In this document: positions 59,682-64,000 of the stretch, one piece after another
Position numbering within the stretch: the first letter of the stretch is position 1
How the letters are laid out: each line of letters starts with the position of its first letter
Origin: Azolla caroliniana
Taxonomy: Eukaryota > Plantae > Polypodiophyta
Direction of reading: 5' to 3'
Assembly: GCA_043228905.1 (NCBI GenBank)
Contig: JBHGNT010000002.1
Span: 9,610,001-9,674,000, forward strand
Length of the DNA: 64,000 bases
Notes under the pieces: model-generated
The model's input: only the letters and a program-made list of their open reading frames with translations
What the model was told of the DNA's origin: nothing
Databases searched by the model: none
Translations under genes and position numbers: made by a program

Positions 59682-61723
59682 ATGGGGAATAGTGTCATCA
59701 AATTCTTGATAATCCTGAGTTCGAGTTCAAACTCCAAACAGATGGAGTACTCTGAGCATGAACGCAGATGTAGCCCCCGCAACAACACAAAAACTCTGAG
59801 ATCGACATTGCACCTTCAGAGCTACAACACACGAGTAAGTCGATCCTCGTCCAGGTATGTATCAGTTACATATTAAAAAAACTTTTTTTTCCCTTTCTGA
59901 TAACTGTCTGTAACCTTGGTGCTTGTTCATCTTTCCCAAAAATCGAATAGGGCGAAGTCGTTGGAGTCCCAAACAAGGATGTCTCGAAGATCAGGGTGTA
60001 GCTACAGGTGTGTTTCTGATTGACAGAATTTCGTAGTAAGGTTGATTTCTGCCTTTATTGATGATTAGGGTTTGTGTTTCCCTTAAGTGGTTTAGGGTTT
60101 CTAATTACAAATTTCAGATTACAAGTTTCTGGTTACAAATTTCAGATTACTGTCGCAATGTGTTGTAATTTTGCACCAATTCTCATGACAAATTCTGATT
60201 AGGGTTTTTGATTTTTTAAGTGGTTGATTTCTGATACATGTTGAAAAGGACATATTGCAAATTTTAGATTACTGTCTCAAAGTGTTGTAATTTTGCACCA
60301 AATTCACATTAAAAATTCTATTTTTGCACCAATTATGATTACTGATTTTCAATTTCAGGTGGCTCGTTCCTCCCTATCCTAGAGTGCTGAAGTTCACAAA
60401 ATTTTGCGAGACAAAGGAGGACTTTCACAACATATATGGTCTGTTGCTCGAGGGTATTGACCCTGCTGTTCTAATAGATAGATTGATTAGTGATGTAGAT
60501 TGGATGTCAGTACATAAAGTGCCTAGAGTGAAAGGCAAGGTCAAGCTCAAGCATGTACGACCGGGCTTGTACGACGACTGCATGAGACTGCACCAGAAAG
60601 TACATCAAGAGATCCTGGTCAACAACGAGTTGTCCGTTTCATTTGCCAGAGCTTTTGCATACGAGTATTGCAAAACAACGAAGGAATCTCGTGACCCTGA
60701 AATGTACAGGGTAGCTTGGGCAATTTATGGTGAGGCATCGGTAGAAAGATGTCAGAAGATGGGGAGCTTGCAACAAAAAATGGCAAGATTTTGGAGCATG
60801 GCAGTTGATGATGCAGCTGCCGACTCCCAACAAACCCACAAGTATACGCCACACCGACACACAATGAAAGCCAATGTCGATGATATAGGTGAGATATTGA
60901 TTAGCTATATGCTAAAAAATGTCCATGAAGCCTGTGAGACATTGGGGTTTTTTAAGACCGATTTAGAGAAAGCAACATTGGCTGGTGCGATGGAGAGCAA
61001 AGTCACTTTGGTAGTTACAACAATAAGAAATAAGGTGGCAGGTACCTATTGTTTTGCTAGTATGTAATATGTTATAAATAACTTGTACATGAAAATGTGC
61101 TACTGAGGCATTATCTAGAACAGGTTGCTCAATATGAACTTGAAATTGAGGGGTTGTTGGATCCCCAACGGAAAATTCAACTACAGACAGAGATCCAGGT
61201 TCTTTTAATGAACATGGACCTTCTAGGTGTAAATACTATCGCTGATTACAATTTGGAAAAGCTACAAGTAAGTTAATGATTCTTGTTTCTTGTTGTTGTA
61301 TCTTCCTCATTAAGGAATTATTAATCAGTAAATTTCTCAGCTGCATTGAAGGAACAATACTCCCGTCAAGAACAGGTAGTTAGTTGCCTTAAGAAGCAAC
61401 TACATATTGCGGAGGGGATGGTAAGGAGCAAAAAACAATTGGACCTGAACATTCTTGCTCCCTTACCAAATGAAGGAGAACCAGGAAACGATATTTTGAC
61501 TGTTCAAGCACGTTGCATCGCTTGTAGATTATGTGTAGAGGACAAATCTGCTACTCTATTGGTTCACCTAAAACCATACCAGTACACATACCATATCGTT
61601 TGTTTTCAATATGCCTGTAGCATTGCCGCATTCTGTTTGGGGGATTGTAGTACAACTCTCCCAGATGAGTGGAGAAAACACATAGGTAAAATTGCTGCTT
61701 GTGACCATAGTGTAGCTAATTAG
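59682..61723 (+). CDS. Spliced unknown protein with coiled coil and degenerate RING-like C-terminus. Exons about 59682-59854, 59951-60007, 60359-61034/61041, 61119/61124-61267, 61341-61723
   Basis: The first three introns are GT-AG with compatible phases; the last junction needs a weaker donor or a frameshift. C-terminus CIAC...YHIVC...CLGDC. Confidence 0.55.
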
Positions 61724-61969
61724 TTCCATCTTTGCTAATTAGGTAAGCTGTATAAAGTGTGGAAACTATTTAGCTATTATGATTGTAGTGTAGTAGCTAA
61801 TTACCTAACATGTAGTTAATTAGCTAAGTGGTAGCTAATTAGCTACTACCATAGTTTAGCTGAGTAGCTAATTAGCTAAGTGGTAGCCAATTAGCTACTA
61901 CCATAGTTTAGTACAGTAGCTAATTAGCTAAATGGTAGCTAATTAGCTACTACCATAGTTTAGCGGATA

Positions 61970-64000
61970 TTATATGGTCATGCTTGTAATAGCAGGATAC
62001 CTCCCCACAAAATAAAGTGGACATCTAGCCTTGAATTGTGACGCAGCTCCATTAGACCAGACCCAATGCTGAGTAAGCTCCAAATGTTTAGCTAATAACC
62101 ATTGCCAATGTAAGTTAAAACAATGTTGGACGAACAAGGTATCATGCTTCTTATCATCAGAAATAAAAAAATGAATTACTTTTTTAACATCACCTGAAAC
62201 TCGAAAATATGTTATGTGCACAAAAATGGTTACCTGCGCTAAACACCAATGCATAGATTGAATTTCATTATGTTGCTTGAAAGTATAATTCTCTGTGAAA
62301 TCTACTACTGAGACTACTACGTCATTTGGAAAATCAGATATGCAAGTCTTAAATTGACGGGCTTGCCATGAATAAATGAAGTTGTGTTTAATGAACTTTC
62401 CTAGAGATACTACAAATAGAGACGCCAAATCCCTTGGTTTAAGCGACTTCCTAACTACATCCTTTCTTTTACACACCTTTCCTTCGAAATTGGTGTCAAC
62501 TAACTCAAATAACTTGATAGAGATTACTATTTCACTACTCAATTCATTTGGACACCACCTAAATCTACTAGGGTCACAATCTTGACATAAACCCATGACA
62601 CATTTATGATTGTGGAAGACGGCCTCAGTTTTTGTCGGACACAATACTGAATCTAAAAGACAACTCATGGAAGAGATAACATGCTCAGATCATTTACAAT
62701 GCTCATGCGGGCTCGATCGACAAATTGGGCACACACAAGTGCAAATTGCATTTGTTAGGGAGGCGCTATGGTGACGTAGTAGATTAACAGAGTCCATGAG
62801 AAACCCATTTGTACATGGTAAATGCAACAACATGTGTATCGATCCTTCAAGCGTCTCACAAAGTGTGGCTTAATAGACTTGAATGTTCGTAGTTGAACTT
62901 TGATATTTGGATGCATTCGTCTAAACCTAATAAATAAATCGACCTATGTAATAAAATGGACATACTGATTAACTCTATGGCTAAGTGATAGCTAATTAAC
63001 TACTACCATAATTTAGTATAGTAGTTAATTAGTTAACTGGTAGCTAATTAGCTACTACCATACTTTAGTTATAGTGGCTAATTAGCTAGTGCCATACTTT
63101 AGCTGAGTCGTTCATTAGCTAACTGGTAGCTAATTACCTAGTACCATACTTTAGTTGAGTAGCTAATTAGCTAAGTGGTAGCTAATTAGCTACTACCATA
63201 CTTCAACTGAGTAGCTAATTAGTTAAATGGTAGCTAATTAGCTACTACCATACTTTAGTACAATAGCTAGATAGTTAACTGGTAGCTAATTAGCTACTAC
63301 CATATTTTAGTTAGAGTGGCTAATTAGCTACTACCATACTTTAGCTGAGTCACTAATTAGCTAACTAGTAGCTAATTAGCTACTACCGTACTTTAGCCGA
63401 GTAGCTAATTAGCTAAGTGGTAGCTAATTAGGTACTACCATACTTTAGTTGAGTAGCTAATTATCTAAGTGGTAGCTAATTAGCTACTACCATACTTTAG
63501 TTATAGTGGCTAATTAGCTACTACCATAGTTTAGTACAATAGCTATTCAAGTAAGGGATTAACAATTCTAGTAGCTAATTAGCTATAGTCATAAGCAACT
63601 AATTAGCTACTCTTGTAGCTAATTAGCTATTGTGGTAGCTAAATAGCTATGAATGGTAGTTAATTAGTTATTCTAGTAGCTAAATAGCTATGTTCGATAT
63701 ACTTAGGGAGCTAATTAGCTATTACTGGTAGCTAGTTAGCTATGTTCATATTTGAGGTAGGTAATTAGCTATTCCGGTATGGTCATATTCAGAGGTAGCT
63801 AATAAGCTAACTAACTAAGCTCAAAAGTCGAAACAAATGTTGAGATAAATGTAAATACCTGAGGTACATCAAGAAGATGAATAGGATGCTCCTTGTATTG
63901 ACTCCTTCCAACACGTTTCCTGCATAAATCCTTCTTATTGGGTGAAACCCTACTCTCATTAGTCTAAAATATTTTGATTATATCCTTGATTTCTGATGTT
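61970..64000 (-). pseudogene. Sola2-like transposase pseudogene; exons 64000-63859 and 62943-61970, intron 62944-63858
   Basis: SRVSPNKKD...; HPNIKV...KPHFV...CCCIYH; DFTENY...EIQSMHW; ISDDKKHD; WSNGAASQFK. Stops and a frameshift near 62800; the C-terminal part is missing. Confidence 0.75.
62980..63820. repeat. Satellite-like array with palindromic core TAGCTAATTAGCTA
   Basis: Many copies of TAGCTAATTAGCTACTACCATACTTTAG.. and TAGCTAATTAGCTAAGTGG; also present at 61770-61965. Confidence 0.93.

Larger units (their letters stand above)
59491..64000. mobile_element. Sola2-like DNA transposon extending beyond the window (left boundary tentative)
   Basis: Transposase on the minus strand, convergent accessory gene, and TAGCTA repeats at 59510-59560, 61715-61965 and 62980-63820. 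GAGTGG at 59491 is a candidate terminus. Confidence 0.55.

Overview
Eukaryotic, repeat-dominated plant DNA, probably a non-seed land plant (inferred from the Tcn1-like chromoviruses and Sola-like DNA transposons), with a 100-N assembly gap at 46005-46104. About 9.3-40.4 kb is a nest of LTR retrotransposons that can be ordered from target-site duplications (TSDs). An old Copia (-) contains a Copia (+, 11772-29277, TSD AAAGA), which contains a Tcn1-like Gypsy chromovirus (-, 17318-28055, TSD TATGG), which contains an intact, very young Tork-like Copia (+, 18349-23923, TSD GTTGG). A second chromovirus (34679-40104) splits another Copia LTR. Two decayed Sola-like transposase copies flank the nest tail-to-tail. 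Right of the gap lie a spliced host gene (MTIEFLRARL family), an L1 LINE, a CCT-beta fragment, an RTE-like LINE end, and a Sola2-like element with a spliced accessory gene and a palindromic satellite inside a transposase intron. The strongest signals are in the two chromoviruses: an outward-facing tRNA-like Pol III A/B-box cassette at the start of the LTR, a Tf1-style self-priming duplex with a compensatory base change, and a GTTAAAC plus stem-loop -1 frameshift signal. Also notable are an acidic/Arg-rich C-terminal extension on one Copia pol family and strong CCGG enrichment in the intact Copia. All alignments and counts were done by eye; family names are motif-based and not database-confirmed.
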